From Candidatus Aminicenantes bacterium (GTDB lineage Bacteria; Acidobacteriota; Aminicenantia; Aminicenantales; Aminicenantaceae), in assembly GCA_030603565.1 (NCBI GenBank), contig JAUVXM010000007.1, positions 176 to 64,175 on the forward strand: a DNA stretch of 64,000 nucleotides, given 5' to 3'. A program made the position numbers and the translations under genes. The notes below the pieces were generated by a model. That model ran no database searches. It was given only the letters and a program-made list of their open reading frames with translations, and was not told the DNA's origin. Each line of letters begins with the position of its first letter. The stretch's first letter is position 1. Below are positions 17,622-26,955 of the stretch, one piece after another.

Positions 17622-17949
17622 CCTGAATCATTCATAAAAAATGTCGATATGAATGACATCTCTTTTAAATCAATACTTTACACTGATTCCTAAGACATAA
17701 CAATTGACCATTTTGTTTTTGTTGTAATTTATATTTGTAATCGACATTTTTTACTCTACGAGCGAGCCGATCTCTCCGCATCTGCTTCGTTACAGCGGAT
17801 TCGCGGTGAAATACCACAGCTTCATCCCCTGCGCCTCGCATCTGCAGCAACCTCGACTCGTGAATAATCCAGGTTAATAAAAATCTGAAGCGAGCTCAAG
17901 TCACACCTGAATTTCATCCACACCGCCATTTTTTTATGAATAGTTCAGG
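17622..17949. repeat. Fully repeat-filled convergent intergenic region: left TIR (17622-17648), spacer, A-core (17750-17873, +), family C module (17878-17917), right TIR (17924-17949)
   Basis: The TIR starts 5 nt after the upstream gene's stop, and the last TIR ends exactly at the stop codon of the convergent M14 gene (TAA at 17950-17952 on the minus strand). Confidence 0.85.
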
Positions 17950-20556
17950 TTATTCTGTTTCAGGATATAATAATGCGTTCAGCAGGAATTTGTAAGTTCC
18001 GTGTGACTGGGCGCGGTGCTGGCAACGGAATCCGATTAAGATAATATGACCTTGCTTGTGTTTCAGGTCAACCACAGCTGCTTTTCTGGCAATGGTATCT
18101 TCTCCTAAAAGCCAGCCACTAAGTAACACATCTTTTTCCGGATAGCTGGCAACTACAGTTCTGTCCCATTCTCCGGAAGGAATTCTGGTTCTGATCGCGA
18201 GGCTGCGGGAGAACATGGCAGCTGCTTCTGAAGGCAGGCCGTATCCGATGGGAGACCGTTTATTCACTTTAATTTTTAAGAGTGATGTCGGGCATAGGAA
18301 TTTACTTCTATCAACATTTTCTAAGGCATTACTGGCGGGAGATTTAAATTCTTTAAAGACAAGGTTGCAGGCATCATTTAAAGTAACAAGGATACCGCCT
18401 TCAGCGACAAATTTCTTAAGCGCCTCAACACCTTCCTTACCTATGCCTCCGGAATATTCCGGGGGGCCTTCGCTATAGTAGCGGGCATAACGGGAACCCG
18501 GGCTTGGTTTTCCTAATTTAATAATATCTGCGCTTTCACTGGCAAAAACAATAACGTCATATTTTGAATTGAAATCCACCTTCTTTTTCTTTGTGCCTTT
18601 GAAGTCTTTATTGTGAAGGGTAGTAAAGGGGATTTCCAGGTCGTCCAGAACATAGCGGGTCCAACCTTCGTCCATGTTTGACTTCCATGACTGGTAAAGA
18701 CCTACCCGGTGTTTTTTCAAGGGACTTTTCTTAATCTCAGAGATGTCATCAAGACCATAAGCATTAAGGTGCCATTTTTCCTGAAGAGCAGGCAGAGCTT
18801 TCTGGACTTGGGGGGTGTTTTCAACAATAAAACTACCAAAACAGGCGTGAAAATCATCTCTGCTAATTCCTGAATTGGAGCGATAGATCTCCGGCTTATA
18901 CTTCAGGAGAGAAAATACGGCACTGTAGGCTGCATTTTTTTTGGAATCCAGGACTATATATTTTGAGGAGGTTTCAGGCGCTGCAGTCTCGGGATAGGGG
19001 ATGCTTTCCAGTTTTTCAAGGTCTGCCTTAAAAGAACGGTCGATCTGAGCTGAGGCCACTCCCATCTGAAGAGGTAGGGTCCATCCGGCGTTATCATAGG
19101 GGGGGATAGGAGGGCCGCCAGGGTATTGACGCATATCAGGGTAGACCTGTTTTTCGAGCAGTGCCTGCGCATAAGGCCGGTAAGGTTGAGACATAAGAAC
19201 GACAAAAGAACCGGCAGGGTAGACTTTGCCGTCTGCCGTAAATTCATTTTTTGCTTGATGTATTTCCACTCCTCCGAGTTTCAGTATCTCCAGCATGCGC
19301 AGAGTTGTGGGATAGTCGCGCTGGTTTTTGGTGATAACAAAAGCATATGGCTGCCCTTCTTTTTGAATTTCAATAGCATCTTTACACATTTTATAGAAGT
19401 TAAAAAGCAGGTCTTCCTTGTGCATGTATGCGGTTTTGATAAGGCTCATGGAAAGAGTAAGTTCATAATCGACTATGTCTCTGAGGCGCCACCAGCCACC
19501 GGGCCAGGGATCAGGAAACTGCATTCTTTTTTCCGTATAAGACTTTGGTATCTCGGTAGGGTCGATGTAAATAGGAGAAGCGATTTTTACGGATGCCATT
19601 TCACTGAGTATGCCGATACAATTGTGCAGCCAGGAGGTGTCATCACAGGCGCCGATCCACCAACCAGTAAAGCTGCGGCCGTGTACTACTCCTTTGAAAT
19701 CATTTTTCTGAAGGTCATAAGACATATTCATGCCGCATAGAGCCACTCCGCGCCATATAAGTGGGTGTATTGTGGGTACAGGAGGGTTCATGAAAGGAGG
19801 AATAAATAGTCTTGCCCCGGTAGAGCCCATCTGATGTTCATCGATATGGATCTGAGGGATCCAGTCATGATAAAGCACTTTAGTTATAGCCTGTGTTTCA
19901 AGGAGGTTGAACATGAACCAGTCCCGATTATCATCGTGCCCGGCATAATGGTGATAAAGCCAGGGCATACTGCCGCCTTCATATTTGGTGCCGACATATT
20001 TTCTATACCACTCAGTCACCATCTGTTCGCCGTCCGGGTTAGTACTCGGGGAGAGCAGGACGATAACATCGTTTAAGACTTTATCTGTGTCATAGGGAGT
20101 TTTCCCTGTTACCAGATTGTAAGCAAGCTCCATAGCCATTTGGGAGGATGCGATCTCAGTGGAATGGAGGTTGCAGGTGAGAAGGACAATTGCTTTTCCT
20201 TGTTTTGCAAGCTTGCGAGCGTCATCCGGGGTTAAACCGCTGGCATCTCGCAGCTTCCGGGTTATTCCTTTAAAAGTATCCAGCTGGTCCATATTCTCTT
20301 TGCTTGTGATAACAGCTAAAAGCATGGATTTACCCAGGGTAGTCTTGCCGATATTTAAAAGCTTGATTTTTTCTGATTCTTCATCAAGTTTTTTAAAATA
20401 CGCCGTAATCTGGCTGTAGTCTGCCAGTTTATAGTCAGCTCCTACCTTATGCCCCAGAAAATCTTCCGGGGAAGTCTGGGCTGTTATAATTGCAGGTAGA
20501 ATAAGGAATATGATTGATAAAGATAAGGTCAGTTTTTTTAACATAAATCCCTCCAA
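17950..20556 (-). CDS. Secreted M14-family zinc carboxypeptidase-like protein (long form with C-terminal class-I glutamine-amidotransferase-like domain)
   Basis: Signal peptide; M14 signatures NLHSTEIAS (HxxE), NPDGEQ, HDDNRDWF (DxNRxF/W), and a second zinc His region; about 870 aa. Confidence 0.75.
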   Translation of the reverse strand: MEGFMLKKLTLSLSIIFLILPAIITAQTSPEDFLGHKVGADYKLADYSQITAYFKKLDEESEKIKLLNIGKTTLGKSMLLAVITSKENMDQLDTFKGITRKLRDASGLTPDDARKLAKQGKAIVLLTCNLHSTEIASSQMAMELAYNLVTGKTPYDTDKVLNDVIVLLSPSTNPDGEQMVTEWYRKYVGTKYEGGSMPWLYHHYAGHDDNRDWFMFNLLETQAITKVLYHDWIPQIHIDEHQMGSTGARLFIPPFMNPPVPTIHPLIWRGVALCGMNMSYDLQKNDFKGVVHGRSFTGWWIGACDDTSWLHNCIGILSEMASVKIASPIYIDPTEIPKSYTEKRMQFPDPWPGGWWRLRDIVDYELTLSMSLIKTAYMHKEDLLFNFYKMCKDAIEIQKEGQPYAFVITKNQRDYPTTLRMLEILKLGGVEIHQAKNEFTADGKVYPAGSFVVLMSQPYRPYAQALLEKQVYPDMRQYPGGPPIPPYDNAGWTLPLQMGVASAQIDRSFKADLEKLESIPYPETAAPETSSKYIVLDSKKNAAYSAVFSLLKYKPEIYRSNSGISRDDFHACFGSFIVENTPQVQKALPALQEKWHLNAYGLDDISEIKKSPLKKHRVGLYQSWKSNMDEGWTRYVLDDLEIPFTTLHNKDFKGTKKKKVDFNSKYDVIVFASESADIIKLGKPSPGSRYARYYSEGPPEYSGGIGKEGVEALKKFVAEGGILVTLNDACNLVFKEFKSPASNALENVDRSKFLCPTSLLKIKVNKRSPIGYGLPSEAAAMFSRSLAIRTRIPSGEWDRTVVASYPEKDVLLSGWLLGEDTIARKAAVVDLKHKQGHIILIGFRCQHRAQSHGTYKFLLNALLYPETE

Positions 20557-20605
20557 ATTAAGGATGTAACTTTTTTATCACTTCTATTTTACCCTGTCAA
20601 GCTAA

Positions 20606-20665
20606 AAGCAGGAAAACCAGAAAAACCAGGAAAAGCAGGAACTACAGGAAAGGCAGGCAAAACAG
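20606..20665. repeat. Degenerate tandem CAGGAAA(A)-type purine-rich repeats (family F)
   Basis: GCAGGAAAACCAGAAAAACCAGGAAAAGCAGGAACTACAGGAAAGGCAGGCAAAACAGG. Similar strings occur at 11255-11290, 16225-16262 and 58480-58510. Confidence 0.6.
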
Positions 20666-20764
20666 GTTTTTCTACAGTTACTGGTTTTACTGTAGTTTCT
20701 GTTTTTTAACTGCTTTTTATTATTGACAAAAATAGGATATAAAGTTAGGCTTTTATGAAGCATA

Positions 20765-21601
20765 ATGAAAAGTAGAAAATATAAAAAAATTGTAATATCA
20801 GCAGCATGTCTGCTTTTTCTTTTAAATATGACGTTTGCCAACCAGGTGGAGAATGAGACTGATATACCAAGTATTGTAAAAAAACAGAAGTCCGGAAAAT
20901 TTGAAATTGGGTTCCATTCCTCCCTGTGGACAGTGGATATTATCAAGAGTTATTTTGAGAGTGCCGTTAGTAATAAAATGGGTGAAGAAATCGCGAATGA
21001 AATGTACAAAGAGATTAAGGAAACTCATGCAGACCTAAATCGATCTGACTATGAAGAAGATCTTCTTTTTGACAGTGGTGGTTACAATTACGGCCTGGAA
21101 TTAAGATATTATCCAAAGGGAAGAGACGGTGCTTTCAGCCTGGGACTTTCCTTTGATAAAGCCAGAATGCGGTTTACTATAGAAGGCCCTGTAAGACAGA
21201 ATTTCTCAAACGGGACTTATGCCTCAGTGGATTCCTTCACTGAAATAACCCTGAATCCATTATTTACTAATTTGAGTTTGCGCTGGGATATGGTTCCGCA
21301 CTGGAGAGTTACTCCATTTATCATTCTGGGGATTGGAATTGCTGCCATGAACGGTGAATTCAATTATAATTACTCCGGGCTATATAAGTGGGGGGGATCA
21401 GATGAAAATATTAGTGATTCACAGCTGAAGACAATAAAAGAAGCGGAAGAAGATTGGGATGCGAATATTCCTAATATATTTCCCCTCATGCAGATAAATA
21501 TTGGTGTCAGGGCTAGGATAATTCCTAATCTGTATATTAAAGCGGAGACCGGTTTTTGGAATGGATTTATTCTTAGGGCTGGGATTTCGGGTCGGTTTTA
21601 A
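20765..21601 (+). CDS. Hypothetical secreted protein, probable outer-membrane beta-barrel (C-terminal ...GISGRF)
   Basis: Signal peptide MKSRKYKKIVISAACLLFLLNMTFA, Gly/Tyr/Asn-rich amphipathic strands, terminal Phe. Confidence 0.4.
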   Translation: MKSRKYKKIVISAACLLFLLNMTFANQVENETDIPSIVKKQKSGKFEIGFHSSLWTVDIIKSYFESAVSNKMGEEIANEMYKEIKETHADLNRSDYEEDLLFDSGGYNYGLELRYYPKGRDGAFSLGLSFDKARMRFTIEGPVRQNFSNGTYASVDSFTEITLNPLFTNLSLRWDMVPHWRVTPFIILGIGIAAMNGEFNYNYSGLYKWGGSDENISDSQLKTIKEAEEDWDANIPNIFPLMQINIGVRARIIPNLYIKAETGFWNGFILRAGISGRF

Positions 21602-21705
21602 TCAACCATATGAAGTGTATTATTATTTCATTGATAAAGGCTTGTACAATTGGTAAATTATAAATAGGAAAACAGCAGCAACTATTGAGAAGAAATTGAA
21701 AAAAC

Positions 21706-21979
21706 GGACCGTGCTAGATGGGGAGTTAGCGGCATCCTGTAACTCACAATCCGCTATAGTGAGGTCGAATTCCCTGCCGAGGCTTGGTTTTTTCTGGTCT
21801 GTACCTTTGTAAGTAGTGTTGAAGGTGTGGGTCCTGTGCAAAGGATACTCTGTAAACCCCGTCAGGACCGGGAGGTAGCAGCGGTAGCAGAGATGTTCCT
21901 TGTGCTGCAGATCAACCTCACCTGAGCTAACTGCACTGGAAACGCAGGGGAGACTTAGTCAAAGCCGGGTGCACGGTCC
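21706..21979 (+). ncRNA. ffs: Signal recognition particle RNA, long form with Alu domain (scRNA/ffs)
   Basis: 5' GGACCGUGCUAGAUGGGGAGUUAGCGG...CAAUCCGCUAUAG...CGAAUUCCCU matches the Bacillus-type Alu domain. Helix 8 reads GUCAGGACCGGGAGGUAGCAGCGGUAGCAG (consensus GUCAGGUCCGGAAGGAAGCAGC). 3' ...GAGCUAACUGC...GGGUGCACGGUCC pairs with the 5' end. Confidence 0.88.
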
Positions 21980-22146
21980 TTAAAGATTCATTGCTACATT
22001 GTTTAAAACCTGAAAATAGTAAATGGAAAATGGCTCAGAATCGATCTGAGGAGGTCGCTTATTTATAAATGAATATTTTTGCCACCCTTCAGCTCATTAG
22101 GGACTATTGTTAAAACCCTAATATTATGCTTAGCAAAAAAATAGTG

Positions 22147-23040
22147 TTATTTGGTTTTAATGTTTAACTTTGTAAGGATTTTTTTTATTTGATGTTTTGC
22201 TTTTTCTTCAAGTGGGAGTAGAGGTAATCGGCAGGGACCGCCGTATAAGCCCCTCAGGTCCAGTACATATTTTGCTCCCGGGACTCCATATATTTTTGTG
22301 ACAGCCTGATTTAGCGGAACCAGGTCGAGTTGGAGTTTTTTTGCTGCTTCCCATTTTTTATTTAAAAACAACCTATATAACTCTGAACAGAGTTCAGGGA
22401 CTGCGGCTGCTAGGGTAAGGATACCTCCAGAGGCACCCATAAGAAGGCCCGGAAAGATAATACTGCCGGCGCCTAAAAAAAAGGTCGAACCCGGGGCCAA
22501 TCGAGGACAGACTTCTTCACAGAAGGCTAGATTTCCGGAACTGTCTTTTATGCCGAGGATATTAGGATGTTGCGAGAGCTCTATTATCAGCTCAGGTGCT
22601 GGTATGATACCTGTATTTCGGGGAATACTGTAAATAATAATTGGAACTCTGGATTGTTCTGCAATCGTCAGATAATGCTTTTTTAGTGAATCTGTATTCA
22701 TCAGTGATCTGTAATAATGGGGCAGGCATATCAAGGCGGCATCGATTCCTTCATCCGCTGCCCGGTTGGTAAAGTCAAGAGTATTTTTTGTTGATTCCCG
22801 GGCAGTGCCGGCAATGGTCTTTCTTCCCGGGGAGGCATTTTTTTTTGCAGTTCTGACCAGAGAAATACACTCATCGTCGGTTAGATAAATGCTTTCCCCT
22901 GTAGAGCCTCCAATCACATAACCTGACAGGTCGATCTCATTATATTTATTTATATTGTCGTGGAATTTTTCCGGAGAAATATTTTCTCCTTCAAAAGGAG
23001 TTGTAAGAGCTGTAAAAATGCCTTTAAAATCCTGATGCAT
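22147..23040 (-). CDS. DapA-family class I aldolase/lyase (4-hydroxy-tetrahydrodipicolinate synthase or related lyase)
   Basis: GSTGESIYLTDDE motif and Schiff-base Lys region typical of the DHDPS/NAL family. There are no other dap genes nearby, so the precise substrate is uncertain. Confidence 0.75.
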   Translation of the reverse strand: MHQDFKGIFTALTTPFEGENISPEKFHDNINKYNEIDLSGYVIGGSTGESIYLTDDECISLVRTAKKNASPGRKTIAGTARESTKNTLDFTNRAADEGIDAALICLPHYYRSLMNTDSLKKHYLTIAEQSRVPIIIYSIPRNTGIIPAPELIIELSQHPNILGIKDSSGNLAFCEEVCPRLAPGSTFFLGAGSIIFPGLLMGASGGILTLAAAVPELCSELYRLFLNKKWEAAKKLQLDLVPLNQAVTKIYGVPGAKYVLDLRGLYGGPCRLPLLPLEEKAKHQIKKILTKLNIKTK

Positions 23041-23044
23041 GATG

Positions 23045-23431
23045 TTATCTCCCTTTATTTCGGTTATGTTCTAGTTTATATAAATAATCGTCTTTGAAGC
23101 CGAAAAAGTGGGCAATCTCGTGGATAATGACTTCCCGGATTTTTTCCTTGACCTCTTTTTTGTTGGAGCAGATGCTCTCGATAGGTTTCTGATAGATCGA
23201 GATCACATCTGGAGCGACATTGCCATAATACGGTCCCCGGTGTTTAAGAGGAACGCCATGATAGAGGCCGAGGATGTGGTGCGACGGAGGAGTTCCTGTG
23301 CGAGTATAGACTTCTTTATTGGGGTAGTCTGCAACAATAACGGAAATTTGATTTTTAAGTTTTTTAATGAATTTTTTAGGAATGTCTAATAAAGCCTCCT
23401 CAACAAGTTTTTCAAATTCTTCTCTCTTCAT
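23045..23431 (-). CDS. Small zinc metallopeptidase-family protein (HExxH; COG3824-like)
   Basis: HEIAHFFGF motif; ~128 aa. Confidence 0.55.
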   Translation of the reverse strand: MKREEFEKLVEEALLDIPKKFIKKLKNQISVIVADYPNKEVYTRTGTPPSHHILGLYHGVPLKHRGPYYGNVAPDVISIYQKPIESICSNKKEVKEKIREVIIHEIAHFFGFKDDYLYKLEHNRNKGR

Positions 23432-23955
23432 CTCTCAATCCCGTCCCGGGCTTTTGTTCCTACTGAGTAATAGTGTTTGATTTCTTTCATTTCAGTGACT
23501 AGATCAGCTTTTGCCAGCAGAGATTCAGGGGCATATCTGCCTGTCAGGATGACTTCGATGCTTTTTGGCTTCCTGTCTAAAAAAGCAAGGACATCTTTTT
23601 CCTTTATAAGCTTAAAATATAGAGCTACATTGACCTCATCAAGTATTATGATGTCATATAATCCGGAAAGCATGGTTTTGAGGCAGGTCTGGAGTCCCCG
23701 GTTGGCTTTTTCTATATCTTGTTTGTCAGGGTTTTGTGAGACATGGACAAAAGCATCCCGGCCGAATTGTTCAATAGAGATCAAGGCGCTTAATTTTTTT
23801 ATTGACTCTAACTCTCCGTACTTTTGTCCTTTTAAAAACTGACCGATGTAGGTCTTCAGGCCGTGCCCGGCAGCACGTAAGGCTAATCCCAGAGCAGCAG
23901 TGGTTTTGCCCTTTCCATTTCCTGTATAGATCTGAATGTATCCGGTTTCTTTCAT
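23428..23955 (-). CDS. cobO: Cob(I)yrinic acid a,c-diamide / corrinoid adenosyltransferase (CobO/BtuR type)
   Basis: N-terminal P-loop IQIYTGNGKGKTTAALGLALRAAGHG and overall length/shape of CobA/CobO. Confidence 0.85.
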   Translation of the reverse strand: MKETGYIQIYTGNGKGKTTAALGLALRAAGHGLKTYIGQFLKGQKYGELESIKKLSALISIEQFGRDAFVHVSQNPDKQDIEKANRGLQTCLKTMLSGLYDIIILDEVNVALYFKLIKEKDVLAFLDRKPKSIEVILTGRYAPESLLAKADLVTEMKEIKHYYSVGTKARDGIER

Positions 23956-24064
23956 ATGAAAATAATATTATCATATAATTGAGAAATGTGAAATGTGAAA
24001 TGTGAAAGGAGTTCCTGTCACTATTTCCATTTGCTAAGTAAGGTTCCTATGATATAATCAGCTC

Positions 24065-25339
24065 ATGCTGGATGCAAAATATGTTCTGGAAAATCCCTCT
24101 CTTGTAATAAAAAAAACTGCTTTAAGGGGAATAGATATCGAGCTTAACGAGTTTCTGGGTCTTTCAGAAGAAAGAAAGGAATATCTGCAAAAAGTAGAGA
24201 GCCTTAGATTCAAATTAAACAAGTCTTCAAAACTTATCGGGCAGAAAAAAAAAGCAGGTGAGGATGCCGCGGTTCTTATAGGAGAGATGAAGAGCTTATC
24301 TGATGAGATAAAAAGAAAAGAAGAAAAGCTCAGAGAAGTGAATAAGAAGCTGAATAATATCCTCCTTTCTATCCCAAATCTTCCCCATAAGTCAGTTCCG
24401 GAGGGCTTAAACACAGAAAAGAATAAAGAAATCAGGCGATTTGGAAAGATGCCGGAATTTTCTTTCAAAGCAAAGCCTCACTGGGAAATCGGAGAATCCC
24501 TGGGGATATTGGATTTTAAACGGGCTGCAAAGATAACCGGTACTCGATTTGCTGTTTATCTTGGAGCCGGAGCAAGATTAGAGAGAGCTTTGATCAATTT
24601 TATGCTCGACATGCATACTAATGAGAAAGGATATAAGGAAGTTATTCCCCCCTTTATTGCTAATACTAATAGTCTTATCGGAACCGGAAACCTGCCGAAA
24701 TTTGAAGAAGACCTCTTTAAACTGAAGGATTATGATTGGTATATGATTCCCACAGCAGAAGTGCCTCTAACAAATTATTACCGGGATGAGATACTTGATG
24801 CCAAGATACTGCCTCAGAGATTTGTTGCATATACGCCTTGTTTTAGAAGTGAAGCGGGTTCATATGGAAAAGATATCCGCGGGCTTATCCGGCAGCACCA
24901 GTTTAATAAAGTCGAAATGATGAGTTTTGTTATGCCGGAAGATTCTTACTCGGAGCTTGAGTTCTTGACCAATGCTGCTGAAGAAGTCCTTAAAAGGCTT
25001 GGGCTGCATTACCGGGTTGTATCTCTATGCACCGGTGACCTAGGATTTGCAGGAGCTAAAACTTATGACCTTGAGCTCTGGATGCCTGACCGGAACGATT
25101 ATATTGAGATTTCCTCATGTACGAATTGTGAGGATTTTCAGGCCCGCCGGTCAAATATCCGTTTTAAGCGGGAAAAGAAGTCCAAGCCGGAGTTTGTGCA
25201 CACTCTAAATGGGTCTGGAGTAGCTTTAGGACGCACTGTAAGCGCCATACTAGAATGTTTTCAGCAGGAAGATGGATCAGTCCTTATTCCTGAAAAACTT
25301 CGCCCCTATATGGGAGATAAAAAGTTTATTAAGCCCTGA
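24065..25339 (+). CDS. serS: Seryl-tRNA synthetase
   Basis: N-terminal coiled-coil tRNA-binding arm, class II motifs ([26 protein letters not shown]; [10 protein letters not shown]). The stop TGA lies inside the repeat TIR CCTGAATTATTCACGAG. Confidence 0.95.
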   Translation: MLDAKYVLENPSLVIKKTALRGIDIELNEFLGLSEERKEYLQKVESLRFKLNKSSKLIGQKKKAGEDAAVLIGEMKSLSDEIKRKEEKLREVNKKLNNILLSIPNLPHKSVPEGLNTEKNKEIRRFGKMPEFSFKAKPHWEIGESLGILDFKRAAKITGTRFAVYLGAGARLERALINFMLDMHTNEKGYKEVIPPFIANTNSLIGTGNLPKFEEDLFKLKDYDWYMIPTAEVPLTNYYRDEILDAKILPQRFVAYTPCFRSEAGSYGKDIRGLIRQHQFNKVEMMSFVMPEDSYSELEFLTNAAEEVLKRLGLHYRVVSLCTGDLGFAGAKTYDLELWMPDRNDYIEISSCTNCEDFQARRSNIRFKREKKSKPEFVHTLNGSGVALGRTVSAILECFQQEDGSVLIPEKLRPYMGDKKFIKP

Positions 25340-25397
25340 ATTATTCACGAGGCGAGCTGAAATTCGGGTGTGGCTTGGGCTCGCTTCAGATTTTTAG
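25335..25397. repeat. Repeat fragment: TIR-like CCTGAATTATTCACGAG followed by inverted family C module (GCGAGCTGAAATTCGGGTGTGGCTTGGGCTCGCTTCAGATTTTT)
   Basis: Reverse complement of the AAAAATCTGAAGCGAGC.CAAGCCACACCTGAATTTCA module seen at 17878-17917 and 35379-35417. Confidence 0.7.
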
Positions 25398-25399
25398 CC

Positions 25400-25489
25400 G
25401 GAGGGATGGCCGAGTGGCTGAAGGCGGCGGTCTTGAAAATCGCTTCACGTGCAAGCGTGACGGGGGTTCGAATCCCTCTCCCTCCGCCA
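25400..25489 (+). tRNA. tRNA-Ser (anticodon TGA)
   Basis: Acceptor GGAGGGA/TCCCTCC, anticodon loop CTTGAAA, long variable arm, T arm GGGGG-TTCGAAT-CCCTC, CCA encoded. Confidence 0.9.
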
Positions 25490-25538
25490 TTTTGAAAAAG
25501 AATCTAAAAATGTTAGAATACTAAAATACGAAATATGC

Positions 25539-25631
<93 letters not shown>

Positions 25632-25721
25632 ATATATCCATAAAGCAGTTTGCAATTGGCAGTATGGCTGTTTTTCTTTAACAATAAAGCAATGAAACAA
25701 GGGAACAATGATTCTTAAACT

Positions 25722-26858
25722 ATGAACATTAGAACTATAACAACCGGATTTAATCTGAAAATTCCCTTTTCTGAAAAGCAGATAGAGAGAATTTCTGAGG
25801 TCAGCCTAAAGATCAAGAAGGCATATGAGAAATCTGGATATAAAGTACAGACCGTACGGATAGCTACTCAGCCCTGGGAAAAATATAATTTATCAAAAGA
25901 ACAGCTAGGGGAACTGGTAGTACGCCTAGAAAAAGTAATTGAAGATCTTGGGATAGATTATTTTAATATTGGGACTACCCGGGAAGCAAAAAATATTTCG
26001 TTGCTGTTAAACCTATTTAAAAAGACAAAAAGAGGATTTTGTTCTGTAATGGTCTGCGATAATAAAATTATAGACCATGAAGCTGCAAGAAGTGCCGCCC
26101 GATTGATGAAACAGCTTTCAACAGTAGAAGCCAATGGTTTTGCTAACCTTAGATTTGCCGCAATTTTTAATACCCAGCCTGGAAGTCCGTTTTTCCCGGC
26201 CGCATATCATAAAGGCCCGACTGCCTTTGGCATCGGAACTGAAAACAGTGACCTGGTATATAAGGCATTTTCTCTGGCAAAAAAGTTTGAGCAAGCTGAA
26301 AAAGCCCTGAAAGGTATATTAACTGCTGAATACAAAAAAATTGAAAAAATTGCATTGCGTATGAGCAGGGATGAAAAAATAAAATACAGCGGTATTGATG
26401 TCTCTATCGCCAGCTCTGTGAAGCGTGAAAAGAGTATAGCGTTTGCTTTTGAAAAGCTGGGGCTGGGAAGATTTGGAGAAGCAGGAACACTTGCTGTTGC
26501 AAAAATAATAACCGAAACTCTCAATAAGCTGCCTGTGAAAAAATGCGGGTATTCTGGGTTGATGCTGCCGGTGCTGGAGGATTTTGGCCTAGCAAAGAGA
26601 AATGATAAAAGATATTTCAACCTGAATAATCTGCTTCTGTATTCAGCAGTATGTGGGACTGGTCTGGATACAATACCATTACCCGGGGATATTTCTGAAA
26701 AGAAGCTTTATGCTCTATTGCTTGATATTGCCTCGCTTGCGATTAAATTGGATAAGCCGCTTTCGGCAAGGTTAATGCCCGTGCCAGGAAAAAAAGCAGG
26801 GGAGAAAACTGAGTTTTCTTTTGGTTATTTTGTGAACACTAAAATTATGGATTTATAA
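25722..26858 (+). CDS. UPF0210/DUF711-family protein (PFL-like fold, function unknown)
   Basis: N-terminal NIRTITTGFNL and C-terminal ...ARLMPVPGK...EFSFGYFVNTKIMDL resemble the conserved ends of UPF0210 proteins. There is no adjacent ACT-domain partner. Confidence 0.55.
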   Translation: MNIRTITTGFNLKIPFSEKQIERISEVSLKIKKAYEKSGYKVQTVRIATQPWEKYNLSKEQLGELVVRLEKVIEDLGIDYFNIGTTREAKNISLLLNLFKKTKRGFCSVMVCDNKIIDHEAARSAARLMKQLSTVEANGFANLRFAAIFNTQPGSPFFPAAYHKGPTAFGIGTENSDLVYKAFSLAKKFEQAEKALKGILTAEYKKIEKIALRMSRDEKIKYSGIDVSIASSVKREKSIAFAFEKLGLGRFGEAGTLAVAKIITETLNKLPVKKCGYSGLMLPVLEDFGLAKRNDKRYFNLNNLLLYSAVCGTGLDTIPLPGDISEKKLYALLLDIASLAIKLDKPLSARLMPVPGKKAGEKTEFSFGYFVNTKIMDL

Positions 26859-26955
26859 AAAACAGTTTGATGGGAAAATCAGGAACTTTTTGAATAAAAT
26901 TACGTATTACAAAGTATTATTATTGAGAAATTGAATAAAGATTCTTGGGCAAAAT

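Noticed and set aside
20666-20710. Hairpin CTACAGTTACTGGTTTTACTGTAG followed by TTTCTGTTTTTT, a terminator-like structure on the plus strand
   Set aside because: There is no upstream plus-strand gene to terminate, because it lies in the divergent region between the M14 start and ORF 20765. It could be an attenuator or a repeat-associated hairpin, but evidence is insufficient.
21623-21841. 72-aa minus-strand ORF
   Set aside because: It lies inside the SRP RNA gene.
21706-21979. RNase P RNA or tmRNA at this locus
   Set aside because: There is no GGAAAGUCCGG/ACAGAAnCCGGCUUA P4 motifs, and no tRNA-like acceptor/T-arm or tag reading frame. The sequence instead matches the SRP helix-8 and Alu-domain consensus.
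23956-24064. T-box leader upstream of serS
   Set aside because: The region is only ~110 nt and is occupied by GTGAAAT tandem repeats. There is no specifier loop or T-box sequence.
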